Assembly: GCA_032718475.1 (NCBI GenBank)
Contig: JAUCBJ010004880.1
Coordinates: 1 to 64,000 of the forward strand
DNA: 64,000 nucleotides
Origin: Nemertoderma westbladi
Taxonomy: Eukaryota; Animalia; Xenacoelomorpha
Direction: 5' to 3'
Made by a program: the position numbers and the translations under genes. Below are positions 49,859-62,474 of this stretch, piece after piece (within the stretch, counting starts at the first letter, position 1; every line of letters starts with the position of its first letter). The notes under the pieces are model-generated. The model was not told the DNA's origin. It saw only the letters and a program-made list of their open reading frames with translations, and did not search any database.

Positions 49859-52800
49859 GTAGGTAAACCAACCACGGCTACTGTAGGTAAACCAACCATG
49901 GCTACTGTAGGTAAACCAACCACGGCTACTGTAGGTAAACCAACTACGGCTACTGTAGGTAAACCAACCATGGCTACTGTAGGTAAACCAACCACGGCTA
50001 CTGTAGGTAAACCAACCACTGCTACTGTAGGTAAACCAACCACGGCTACTGTAGGTAAACCAACCACGGCTACTGTAGGTAAACCAACTACGGCTACTGT
50101 AGGTAAACCAACCACGGCTACTGTATGTAAACCAACCACGGCTACTGTAGGTAAACCAACCACGGCTACTGTAAGTAAACCAACCACGGCTACTGTAGGT
50201 AAACCAACCACGGCTACTGTAGGTAAACCAACCACGGCTACTGTAGGTAAACCAACCACGGCTACTGTAGGTAAACCAACCACGGCTACTGTAGGTAAAC
50301 CAACCACGGCTACTGTAGGTAAACCAACTACGGCTACTGTAGGTAAACCAACTACGGCTACTGTAGGTAAACCAACCAGGGCTACTGTAGGTAAACCAAC
50401 CACGGCTACTGTAGGTAAACCAACCACGGCTACTGTAGGTAAACCAACTACGGCTTCTGTAGGTAAACCAACCACGGCTACTGTAGGTAAACCAACTACG
50501 GCTACTATAGGTAAACCAACTACGGCTACTGTAAGTAAACCAACCACGGCCACTGTAGGTGAACCAACCATGGATACTGAAGATAAACCAACTACGGCTA
50601 CTGTAGGTAAACCAACCACGGCTACTGTAGGTAAACCAACCACGGCTACTGTAGGTAAACCAACTACGGCTACTGTAGGTAAACCAACCACGGCTACTGT
50701 AGGTAAACCAACTACGGCTACTGAAGGTAAACCAACTACGGCCACTGTAGGTAAACCAACTACGGCCACTGTAGGTAAACCAACTACGGCCACTGTAGGT
50801 AAACCAACTACGGCTACTGTAGGTAAACCAACTACGGCCACTGTAGGTAAACCAACTACGGCCACTGTAGATAAACCAACTACGGCCACTGTAGGTAAAC
50901 AAACTACGGCTACTGTAGGTAAACCAACTACGGCTACTGTAGGTAAACCAACTACGGCCACTGTAGGTAAACCAACTACGGCCACTGTAGGTAAACCAAC
51001 TACGGCTACTGTAGGTAAACCAACAACGGCTACTGTAGGTAAACCAACCACGGCTACTATAGGTAAACCAACTACGGCCACTGTAGGTAAACCAACTACG
51101 GCTACTGTAGGTAAACCAACTACGGCTACTGTAGGTAAACCAACCACGGCTACTGTAGGTAAGCCAACTACGGCTACTGTAGGTAAACCAACCACGGCTA
51201 CGCTACTGTAGGTAAACCAACCACGGCTACTGTAGGTAAACCAACCACGGCTACTGAAGGTAAACCAACTTCGGCTACTGTAGGTAAACCATCCATGGCT
51301 ACTGTAGGTAAACCAACCACGGCTACTGTAGGTAAACCAACCACGGCTACTGAAGGTAAACCAACTTCGGCTACTGTAGGTAAACCATCCATGGCTACTG
51401 TAGGTAAACCAACCACGGCTACTGTAGGTAAACCAACCACGGCTACTGTAGGTAAACCAACCACGGCTACTGTAGGTAAACCAACTACGGCTACTGTAGG
51501 TAAACCAACCACGGCTACTGTAGGTAAACCAACCATGGCTACTGTAGGTAAACCAACCACGGCTACTGTTGGTAAACCAACCACGGCCACTGTAGGTAAA
51601 CCAACTATGGCCACTGTAGGTAAACCACCCACGGCTACTGTAGGTAAACCAACTACGGCTACTGTAGGTAAACCAACCACGGCTACTGTAGGTAAACCAA
51701 CTACGGCTACTGTAGGTAAACCAACCACGGCTACTGAAGGTAAACCAACCACGGCTACTGTAGGTAAACCAACCACGGCTACTGAAGGTAAACCAACTTC
51801 GGCTACTGTAGGTAAACCATCCATGGCTACTGTAGGTAAACCAACCACGGCTACTGTAGGTAAACCAACCACGGCTACTGAAGGTAAACCAACTTCGGCT
51901 ACTGTAGGTAAACCATCCATGGCTACTGTAGGTAAACCAACCACGGCTACTGAAGGTAAACCAACTACGGCTACTGTAGGTAAACCAACTACGGCTACTG
52001 TAGGTAAACCAACCACGGCTACTGTAGGTAAACCAACCACGGCTACTGAAGGTAAACCAACCACGGCTACTGTAGGTAAACCAACTACGGCTACTGTAGG
52101 TAAACCAACCACGGCTACTGTAGGTAAACCAACTACGGCTACTGTAGGTAAACCAACCACGGCTACTGTAGGTAAACCAACCACGGCTACTGAAGGTAAA
52201 CCAACTTCGGCTACTGTAGGTAAACCATCCATGGCTACTGTAGGTAAACCAACCACGGCTACTGTAGGTAAACCAACCACGGCTACTGTAGGTAAACCAA
52301 CCACGGCTACTGTAGGTAAACCAACTATGGCCACTGTAGGTAAACCACCCACGGCTACTGTAGGTAAACCAACTACGGCTACTGTAGGTAAACCAACCAC
52401 GGCTACTGTAGGTAAACCAACTACGGCTACTGTAGGTAAACCAACCACGGCTACTGAAGGTAAACCAACCACGGCTACTGTAGGTAAACCAACCACGGCT
52501 ACTGAAGGTAAACCAACTTCGGCTACTGTAGGTAAACCATCCATGGCTACTGTAGGTAAACCAACCACGGCTACTGTAGGTAAACCAACCACGGCTACTG
52601 AAGGTAAACCAACTTCGGCTACTGTAGGTAAACCATCCATGGCTACTGTAGGTAAACCAACCACGGCTACTGAAGGTAAACCAACTACGGCTACTGTAGG
52701 TAAACCAACTACGGCTACTGTAGGTAAACCAACCACGGCTACTGTAGGTAAACCAACCACGGCTACTGAAGGTAAACCAACCACGGCTACTGTAGGTAAA

Positions 52801-55120
52801 CCAACTACGGCTACTGTAGGTAAACCAACCACGGCTACTGTAGGTAAACCAACTACGGCTACTGTAGGTAAACCAACTATGGGTACTGTAGGTAAACCAA
52901 CTACGGCTACTGTAGGTAAACCAACCACGGCTACTGAAGGTAAACCAACTTCGGCTACTGTAGGTAAACCATCCACGGCTACTGAAGGTAAACCAACCAC
53001 GGCTACTGTAGGTAAACCAACCACGGCTACGCTACTGTAGGTAAACCAAACACGGCTACTGTAGGTAAACCAACCACGGCTACTGAAGGTAAACCAACTT
53101 CGGCTACTGTAGGTAAACCATCCATGGCTACTGTAGGTAAACCAACCACGGCTACTGTAGGTAAACCAACCACGGCTACTGAAGGTAAACCAACTTCGGC
53201 TACTGTATGTAAACCATCCATGGCTACTGTAGGTAAACCAACCACGGCTTCTGTAGGTAAACCAACCACGGCTACTGTAGGTAAACCAACCACGGCTACT
53301 GTAGGTAAACCAACTACGGCCACTGTAGGTAAACCATCCACGGCTACTGAAGGTAAACCAACTACGGCTACTGTAGGTAAACCAACCACGGCTACTGTAG
53401 GTAAACCAACTACGACTACTGTAGGTAACCCAACCACGGCTACGCTACTGTAGGTAAACCAACCACGGCTACTGTAGGTAAACCAACCACGGCTACTGTA
53501 GGTAAACCAACCACGGCTACTGTAGGTAAACCAACTATGGCCACTGTAGGTAAACCACCCACGGCTACTGTAGGTAAACCAACTACGGCTACTGTAGGTA
53601 AACCAACCACGGCTACTGTAGGTAAACCAACTACGGCTACTGTAGGTAAACCAACCACGGCTACTGAAGGTAAACCAACCACGGCTACTGTAGGTAAACC
53701 AACCACGGCTACTGAAGGTAAACCAACTTCGGCTACTGTAGGTAAACCATCCATGGCTACTGTAGGTAAACCAACCACGGCTACTGTAGGTAAACCAACC
53801 ACGGCTACTGAAGGTAAACCAACTTCGGCTACTGTAGGTAAACCATCCATGGCTACTGTAGGTAAACCAACCACGGCTACTGAAGGTAAACCAACTACGG
53901 CTACTGTAGGTAAACCAACTACGGCTACTGTAGGTAAACCAACCACGGCTACTGTAGGTAAACCAACCACGGCTACTGAAGGTAAACCAACCACGGCTAC
54001 TGTAGGTAAACCAACTACGGCTACTGTAGGTAAACCAACCACGGCTACTGTAGGTAAACCAACTACGGCTACTGTAGGTAAACCAACTATGGGTACTGTA
54101 GGTAAACCAACTACGGCTACTGTAGGTAAACCAACCACGGCTACTGAAGGTAAACCAACTTCGGCTACTGTAGGTAAACCATCCACGGCTACTGAAGGTA
54201 AACCAACCACGGCTACTGTAGGTAAACCAACCACGGCTACGCTACTGTAGGTAAACCAAACACGGCTACTGTAGGTAAACCAACCACGGCTACTGAAGGT
54301 AAACCAACTTCGGCTACTGTAGGTAAACCATCCATGGCTACTGTAGGTAAACCAACCACGGCTACTGTAGGTAAACCAACCACGGCTACTGAAGGTAAAC
54401 CAACTTCGGCTACTGTATGTAAACCATCCATGGCTACTGTAGGTAAACCAACCACGGCTTCTGTAGGTAAACCAACCACGGCTACTGTAGGTAAACCAAC
54501 CACGGCTACTGTAGGTAAACCAACTACGGCCACTGTAGGTAAACCATCCACGGCTACTGAAGGTAAACCAACTACGGCTACTGTAGGTAAACCAACCACG
54601 GCTACTGTAGGTAAACCAACTACGACTACTGTAGGTAACCCAACCACGGCTACGCTACTGTAGGTAAACCAACCACGGCTACTGTAGGTAAACCAACCAC
54701 GGCTACTGAAGGTAAACCAACTTCGGCTACTGTAGGTAAACCATCCATGGCTACTGTAGGTAAACCAACCACGGCTACTGTAGGTAAACCAACCACGGCT
54801 ACTGTAGGTAAACCAACCACGGCTACGCTACTGTAGGTAAACCAACCACGGCTACTGTAGGTAAACCAACCACGGCTACTGTAGGTAGACCAACTACGGC
54901 TACTGTAGGTAAACCAACCACAGCTACTGTAGGTAAACCAACTACGGCCACTGTAGGTAAACCATCCACGGCTACTGTAGGTAAACCAACTACGGCTACT
55001 GTAGGTAAACCATCCATGGCTACTGTAGGTAAACCAACCACGGCTACTGTAGGTAAACCAACCACGGCTACTGAAGGTAAACCAACTTCGGCTACTGTAG
55101 GTAAACCATCCATGGCTACT
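49859..55120 (+). repeat. 24-bp satellite, 218 units (5262 bp) with higher-order structure, starting at the exon-9 donor
   Basis: Unit gtaggtaaaccaaccacggctact; six 5-bp insertions (5262-30 = 218x24); internal periods of 720 bp and 1210 bp. Confidence 0.97.
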
Positions 55121-55705
55121 TCAATTTGTATAATAGTGGGGTATGGAATATCACTAAATTCATAGAAATAGCAATTTCTTTTGCTTAGAGATTTCAAAAA
55201 TATTTTCAGCCTATCAGGCTCATCAGTAGCCCTTAACCAGTTCAGCAACTTTCCCCTGACACTTACTCTCCTAGACAGGCAGTCTTAAGTTGCAGTCATA
55301 TCTCTAACAGCGGACCCAAGTATGTTAGAGTGAAACAAAGGGAAGTACAAATAAATAAATATTCAGCTCGAGTATTATTGCTGCCAGGTGATATTAATTA
55401 AATGAATTAGAGTTGAGCTGTTATGTAACTGTAATGAATGGTTTAGCAAATGGCTGAACTGGTTAGCGCTACTGGTAAGGCCGGATATGCCGAAACGTGC
55501 GTATAGCGTTGGTTCAACCCCCTGTGACGTGCTTCCTCATTTTTTCCATTTCTGAACAAAACATTACAGTTGCATAAAAACATAACTCCAATTTATTAAA
55601 AAAATTCCATTGTTATTTGGATTTGTAAATATAATAACTGCATATTATTTAACATGAATTACAAAATTAAATAAGTTATGTTACCATTGTTAATATTAAT
55701 TCTAG

Positions 55706-55906
55706 ACATCAACCCATTTAGTCGAGTTAGACGGCATCGACGAATTATGAGATGCTGTAAATGTGAGAAAAGATTCCGATTGGCTCTTAAACGCGTCGTT
55801 AAATCCGACACATTTTACTGGGGAGTCATCATGGTGGTGTTCCTTAACACTGTATTCGTATCATTGGAGCACTACGACCAACCGGAATGGTTGACAACTT
55901 TCCTAA
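55706..55906 (+). CDS. cac: Cav2 exon 10 (pre-IIS1 and IIS1)
   Basis: [59 protein letters not shown]|gtatgt. Confidence 0.95.
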
Positions 55907-56469
55907 GTATGTAATACTACTTACTACTACTATAATCGGCTTGCTGTATACATACAGGTATACATGTATATTATATATATGTACATGAATTGATGAATAC
56001 ATATATAAATTTATATATGTATAAATATGTAGAGATACGTTAGGATCTCAAAATTAATAACACCCTGATATGTAGGGTAAAATAGTTCATTATACCAGTG
56101 CCTTCAATCAATATATTACATATCAAGATTATTAATTCACTCATTAATTTTATGTTTTTGATTTAATTCACAATTAATTATGTTGATTATTTAATTCAAC
56201 TTTGAAATATTTACTTCTTTACAAGTAGAATAACAAAAATAATTATTTCACTACTTCAACTAAACAGTAGCTAAACAATTTATACTTCTTCTTTTTTTTA
56301 AAGTATTTGTTCGCCTTTGAATATCGAATTTTCAATACAAAATATTATTTAAAATTTCAGTTCAGTTTAGCAGAAACAAAACTGTTTTAACACGAATTTA
56401 ACAAGATTTTAACCTGGAATTTCAAACAATATTTTACGATAATTCAAATTTAAATTCATTGTGTTTCAG

Positions 56470-56582
56470 ATATTACGGAGATAGGATTTCTGGGTCTATT
56501 TATTTTGGAAATATTAATAAAGTTGTATTCCTTATCACCTCGGTTGTACTTTAAGAGTTCATTCAATTGCTTTGATATTGTG
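56470..56582 (+). CDS. cac: Cav2 exon 11 (IIS2-IIS3)
   Basis: cag|[37 protein letters not shown]|gtaagt. Confidence 0.96.
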
Positions 56583-57146
56583 GTAAGTATAATCGGGTAT
56601 ATGTGTAATACAATTAATTAATTATATAATTAAATAAATGTATTAAAATTTACTCTATTGGAAAATTATTTGCGGAAAATGATTACACACAGATCTTACA
56701 GCCAAACATAAGTAAATTACAATTACCATTACATAACCTATAGTTTCATCGTCGGCTTGATTAGAAAGTGGATTGCTCTATGAAAGGAAATTTCTTCATG
56801 CAAAACTTTCAAACCGTAAAGGTCTTTATTGCGAAAATATTTTCTAACGAAATTTAAACGTGACCAAAATATGACGTAGGTGGTAGGATGGTTGTGGGGC
56901 GATCCACGTAAGTCTACGCGAGCTTTAGTTGAGGAGTCGTTGTTTTTGTTGTAGTCATCGTCGTTGTCGACGCTAATAAGTCACAATTTGGAAAACATGT
57001 AGTCTATAAAAGGTTAAGGCCAGACTTATATTGTTCATCTAAAAACCGCTAGGCGACTGGCGACTGACTAGGTCCACTATTTGTACCTCTACGCAAGGGC
57101 TCGCCTGTGCGAAGTTCCAAGGTATGTGTTCGCATACTGATTGTTC

Positions 57147-57665
57147 TTATATGTGGGGCGAGCCACGAAGTTGGCGGAGCCTTAGCGAATTGACACTGTT
57201 AGGGGGTGGGTCAATTTATGCAAATAGTTGTCGTCGTCGTTGTCGTCGTCGTCGTCGTTGTCGTCGTCGTCGTCGTCGTCGTTACGATTTTGACATGCTA
57301 ATAACTTTGTCGGATTTAAAGCTGCCAAGTTGAAAATTTGTAGGTATCAATATGAGCAAAAGTTGAGATTTTTGAGAGACTTTCAGACACCATCAGTGCA
57401 ATGGTCTCCCGCTAGAGGGCCACATGTCTAAACATTAAATGCCCTCCCATTTCTTTGCTTTTAATCCGTTTAAGCTGAAACTTGGCAGATATGTATTAGA
57501 CCATTAGCTGTGACTTTCAAAGGAGGCGAATCCATCTGCAGTTCTCCAGTCTGCCGCTAGAGGGCCAACGTGACTATTTGCATAAATTGACCTACCCCCT
57601 AACAGTGTCAATTCGCTAAGGCTCTGCCAACTTCGTGCTGCGCGAAGTCCCCACTTCGTGTATTA
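57147..57665 (+). mobile_element. Helentron/DINE-1-like MITE with 65-bp inverted repeats and (GTC)n microsatellite
   Basis: 57164-57228 pairs with 57573-57637; (gtc)n at 57230-57281; terminal hairpin cgaag-tcccca-cttcg. Confidence 0.7.
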
Positions 57666-57905
57666 TTATGTAGATATTTATATGTACTTGGTGTAATTAT
57701 ATTGTTTATAGTATCATTGTGTTACATGTGCTATATAGTAGCATTAGCTTTAAAAAGATAGGGCCTACTCATTTAACTATCAGTAAATATTTCCGTATTT
57801 TATACTCTTACTAACTAAACTGCATATGCTGGGATGTAATAGCCGAGTCCTAGTGGTATATGTATTGTATTGGGGTTTTAATTATCTTTATTTTCGTCAT
57901 TTTAG

Positions 57906-58024
57906 GTGCTGATATCCAGTATATGTGAGGAAATTTGGGTAATATTCTTCAGACAGGAGTCAACGGGTTTTGGTATAAGCACCTTGCGAGCATTGAGATT
58001 ACTTCGTATATTCAAAGTTACACA
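57906..58024 (+). CDS. cac: Cav2 exon 12 (IIS3-IIS4)
   Basis: ag|[39 protein letters not shown]|gtaagt. Confidence 0.96.
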
Positions 58025-58159
58025 GTAAGTCTAAAACAGAGTGAAAGTTTATTAGTGTAAAATATGATGCATTTTAAACTGCAATAAATATGAATTTCGA
58101 CACGATTGATTTGGCAGCTAAGGGATTGGTGCACCTTCACTAGGTGCACCTTCACTAGG

Positions 58160-58427
58160 TTGTCACTGGCCTTGAAGATGCGGATAATTTCGCGAAAGTC
58201 ATGGGGGATAGGGAGTTGTGACGGCGCAATTTTGTTGATAAGTCGGCACAGCATTCTTAATGTACGCTGCATTAGAGCATGCCAATAATTGTGGATTGAA
58301 TGGTGGATGCAAAAATATTTTGAGATACTTTTTAATAATTTTTTAGTGGATATTATTAAGCCAGCATAGAATGTCACTGTACAGCTTCAATGCGGCAGGT
58401 CGATCATAGTAGTAGTAGTAGTAGTAG
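58160..58427 (+). mobile_element. RTE LINE 3' UTR fragment with (TAG)n tail
   Basis: gtcatgggggatagggagttgtg..gtcggcacagcattctt matches the reverse complement of 7790-7855; tail tagtagtag at 58407-58427. Confidence 0.75.
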
Positions 58428-59076
58428 GTTAACAAAACATAATGAAAATAATTAAAATTTACTTGGTCCACACGCACGTGGAAATGACCACTGGCGATTC
58501 TGCGTCCCAGAAAGCACAAATAAAATGTTCATATCAGCACTTATTACGTTTTTACTTATCTTGAAAATTTCAACATTTTGAGTACCACACCACGCCTACT
58601 GTTTAGAGCCAATAAAATAGTGGCATATCGGTCATTTTAAATGCGTTGAACTTTTTGCCAATAATTTGTGCAGAAAAACCACAGAAAAGCCAAGAATATT
58701 GATAAAATCATAACATTATACATTAGAGCAAAATCTAAAATTAAAATAATTTTAACGAGCCACGCCCTACAATTTCAGGGCCTCAACAATGGCAGACCTA
58801 AGAAAAACTTGTATATTTTGAAAAAAGTGAAAAAAGCTTCAAGGGAATATACATAATTTGACATCACAATAATCCGTGATAAGTGTTACATAAAAGTTAA
58901 TAAAATAAATTATTTGTGATATTTTTAAGTTTTGATGTTTAGGAAGGTTACTGTTAGGTGATACGGCAAACTTCTTAAAATTTAGAAAGAGATTTTAAAA
59001 GTTTAAAAGAGTTGCTGTGAAGGTTGGAAAGTGTTTCAGTTTAAATAAATTATAATTATTGTATTTCAATTTTTAT

Positions 59077-59326
59077 TTATTTGGTTTACAGATACTGGAG
59101 ATCATTGAGAAATCTTGTTGTATCTCTTATTTGGTTTACAGATACTGGAAATCATTTAGAAATCTTGTTGTATCTCTTATTTGGTTTACAGATACTGGAG
59201 ATCATTGAGAAATCTTGTTGTATCTCTTATTTGGTTTACAGATACTGGAAATCATTGAGAAATCTTGTTGTATCTCTTATTTGGTTTACAGATACTGGAA
59301 ATCATTGAGAAATCTTGTTGTATCTC
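59077..59326 (+). repeat. 50-bp tandem repeat x5 spanning the exon-13 acceptor
   Basis: Unit ttatttggtttacAG|atactggaRatcattKagaaatcttgttgtatctc; AGs end at 59091, 59141, 59191, 59241 and 59291. Confidence 0.97.
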
Positions 59327-59423
59327 TGCTGAATTCAATCCGCTCGATCTTATCTCTGTTGTTTCTGTTATTTTTATTCATTCTTATATTTGCTCTCCTC
59401 GGGATGCAGCTATTTGGAGGAAG
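59292..59423 (+). CDS. cac: Cav2 exon 13 (IIS4-S5 linker, IIS5)
   Basis: [44 protein letters not shown]|gtgtgt; only the last acceptor copy gives an open frame. Confidence 0.95.
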
Positions 59424-60170
59424 GTGTGTTATGATTATCTATCATATATATACCTTATTATCTATAAATACTCGTTTCATACCTCATGAAACAACCCCAT
59501 CCGTACACACTACAGTACAAAGTTGGTAAGCATTAAATATGATTGAATATCAGAAGATTCGTATATAAAAAATAGAATATTATACAATATAATATCGGAC
59601 TAATTAGATGGTACAAAGTACTACAAATCTCATTCTCTTCCGAGATCCCATGTAAGGCACTCCATAACTGAATTAATTAAACTATAAAAACATTAGTCGT
59701 CTACATGAATGAGTTTTTCATGAGCCAGCAAAACTGCCTCATGTATATAGCGAAATCAATTATACTAAATTTCAGTATTTTTCTGGAAAATTGCTGTCAT
59801 GGACCTGGACTGTTGCGTTCTACATTTAAAATTACTCTGCGTCCTATTTTTATATTTTTTATTTTTCATTTTCTATATTTCGTTTTCATATCTGTAATTA
59901 ATTGTTGTACACATCGTTTGCCGTGTAGTTGAAAAGTTATTTGTAAAGCGGCATTCTTGAAATATAGGTAGCTGGGGCTCTATAAATATAAATTATTATT
60001 CAGTCCTTAACTTACCTTTGATTCACAAACATGAAATACATTATGACATACCTCCCCCTATTGAGTTGGCAATAGGGTTAGTGCGTGAAAAAATTGTTGG
60101 GCTAGAAACAAATGAATGAAGGGTAAGAAGAAGGTGCTCTGAATCGAGTGACAGGGGTGTTTTTTGTAAA

Positions 60171-60478
60171 AACACGAGGAAACGGTCGAAATGATGGGTT
60201 TAAGTAAGCGCGGGAGGCCAATTTTGAAAATCGGCTGTGATTGGCTGCTACATATTTGATGTCATTACGCTGTGATCTGATCATTTTTTATATTGGTTTC
60301 TATGGATAGAGTTTTCGATCAATTCAAATACACATTAAATCTCAATCATTTCAGACGTGGCTTATATCAATTGAAAGCGGAGAGTCTTTGCGCGTATTTT
60401 GACACTATAATTAATTAAATTCATATAGGGGAAGATTGATAAAATGCTGTTTACAATTACAAACTCGGCAGATTGCCT
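60171..60478 (+). repeat. Dispersed repeat, copy 2 (see 16050-16355)
   Basis: Direct sequence similarity. Confidence 0.8.
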
Positions 60479-60631
60479 GACCGGTATTTAAGCAGCACTC
60501 AGCCTTTTGTAGTATTTGAGTATTGCAGATTTACTTCATTAAGTAGGGTTTACCGGTGACGGGAACACATTTTTAATATTCAAATAGCCTACCAACCAAT
60601 TATTACTGTACTACAGTATAGAACCGGTTGA

Positions 60632-61011
60632 CCGGTGTCCTAGGCGATATGCCCACCCCCCCCCCCCCCCCCCCCCCTCCCCATCGACTTAAGTAGGCCT
60701 ATAGTAATATTGCAGTACAGCAGTAGGCCTAGCCAGCACTTTTGTTTGTTTTTTTGGTTAGGGTTAGTTGGTCTTGCCCAAACCCTAATTAAAACTGTTA
60801 TGTAACCCTAACCCTAAGTCATGAGGCTCTAGTCTAATAAATTTTGTGGAATTTTGGACCCTTGCCATTGGCCCTCGGTTTCGGGTCACCCTTTCACTTT
60901 GAATTAGGGTTTCGGACCGCCACTCTCGAAATCTGGGGTGAAAATGCTCTGGAGGGCATTTGGCGCTAGGTGAAAATGCCCGGGGTGAGGCATTTTCGCC
61001 TGCGACACCGG
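60632..61011. mobile_element. Putative MITE with CCGGTGTC...GACACCGG termini and TTAGGG-like internal motifs
   Basis: ccggtgtcctaggcgatatgcc pairs imperfectly with ggcattttcgcctgcgacaccgg; ggttagggttag and aaccctaaccct inside. Confidence 0.55.
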
Positions 61012-61586
61012 TATTACTTTGGTGTTATTTTAAACACACCCCGTCACTCGATTCAGGGCACCTTCTTACCCCTTATTTATTTGTTACTAGCTCATCAATT
61101 TTTTCGCGCACCAACCCTATTCGGTGTTTTCATTATGCTGCTCAAAAATTTAGTGGCATTAGATTGTGGGACGAGCCACAAAGTCTTATAGAGATGTTAT
61201 TTGCATAAATTACAGTGAATGTCACTCAGAGTCAACTTCACAAATCACGATTAAAGTTTCACACTCCACAATGCAAAATAAAATCCTGTATGATATGGTT
61301 CCGAGACTTTCGGGGCATGAAATCCCCACAAGGTGTGGGTGTAAAAAGACCTCACCGACAATTATTCCTGGAAGAGACAATTATTCCTGACTTTTTGAGA
61401 AACAGATAAACTTTTGATTTAATAACTGAGTTAATCAATTTATGTACAAATTGCATTGTCACATTTGAAATCAGCAATCAGCAATTTTTAATCACTATAG
61501 AGAAATGCCGGCAGACTCAAAAACAAAGCCATCCAAATCATTCTGATGATACTTAAGTCAAGTCTGTTTAATTTTAATTGTTATAG

Positions 61587-61783
61587 GTTTAACTTCAAGG
61601 ATGGAAAACCAGCGGCAAATTTTGATAATTTCCCTATTGCGATGATTACTGTTTTCCAAATACTCACTGGGGAAGACTGGAATGAGGTTATGTACAATGG
61701 CATTAAAAGTCGATCCACTCCGGACACAAATCCCCATTTGAATATGTTGTTTGCTGCATACTACGTTGTACTGTGTCTGTTGG
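61587..61783 (+). CDS. cac: Cav2 exon 14 (domain II P-loop and start of IIS6); gene continues beyond the window
   Basis: ag|[50 protein letters not shown]|gttagt. Confidence 0.95.
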
Positions 61784-62474
61784 GTTAGTAGTTTAATTTA
61801 TTATTTTTCATTTACAAATACCAAATATAAAAATACAAATATAAAAGAAAATAAAATAAAAAAGGCCATTAACGCAAGACATCATGATGTCCATATGGCG
61901 TTATTATTTTCACATTATTGCTTCAGCCACACGTTATGGAACGGGGTCATCTGTGGAGTGCAGGCTTCCCAGGGCTCATGGTAGGTGATGCATATGGCCT
62001 AATATGGTTGTGTCGGGAGTTTCGGCTGTGCAGGATTTTGGCTGCACACTATAGTGCACAATAGGTATATAGCCGTTTGAAATGTTGGTAATTCAAGTTG
62101 ATGGCTCTCAGTCTACATGCCCATCGATAAATAGAATCCCTGATGGATAAAGTCTTTAGGATATAGGCTTCACTTCCTGGCGACTGCAGGATGTCCTACA
62201 ACTGGTCGACACAACTGATGCCTTCTGCCTTCCCTCTGCCGATCCGACAAATCGCTGAGATCATGGTTGTTAATCGCGAGTAGTATCTCACAATGTTATG
62301 GAAGGATGGGTGGGGGGGTTATTATTTATGACCAAGAGTTCAAGAGCTATTGTTCAAGAGTTAATATGTATTTGTTTTGTTAAAAAATTAATTTAATTTA
62401 ATATTAATCATTAAGGGGAAGGAGCAGGCTGCAGTGGTGGTGGTTTTCACCAAAAATTAAACTAACTTTATTTC

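Noticed and set aside
49727-55248. Long mucin-like ORFs (VGKPTTAT)n / (VGLPTVAV)n
   Set aside because: By-products of a 24-bp unit that is stop-free in some frames; broken by 5-bp insertions, out of frame with exon 9, and with no signal peptide or unique domain.
60757-60817. Interstitial telomere (TTAGGG)
   Set aside because: Only 1-2 units at a time, within a MITE-like element.
19177-61783. Assignment as Cav1 (L-type), Cav3 or Nav
   Set aside because: EWPP, FFMLNLVLGVLSGEFAKER..VENR, LERELxGY and SSFNCFD are Cav2-type signatures; the AID and the Glu in both visible P-loops argue against Cav3 and Nav.
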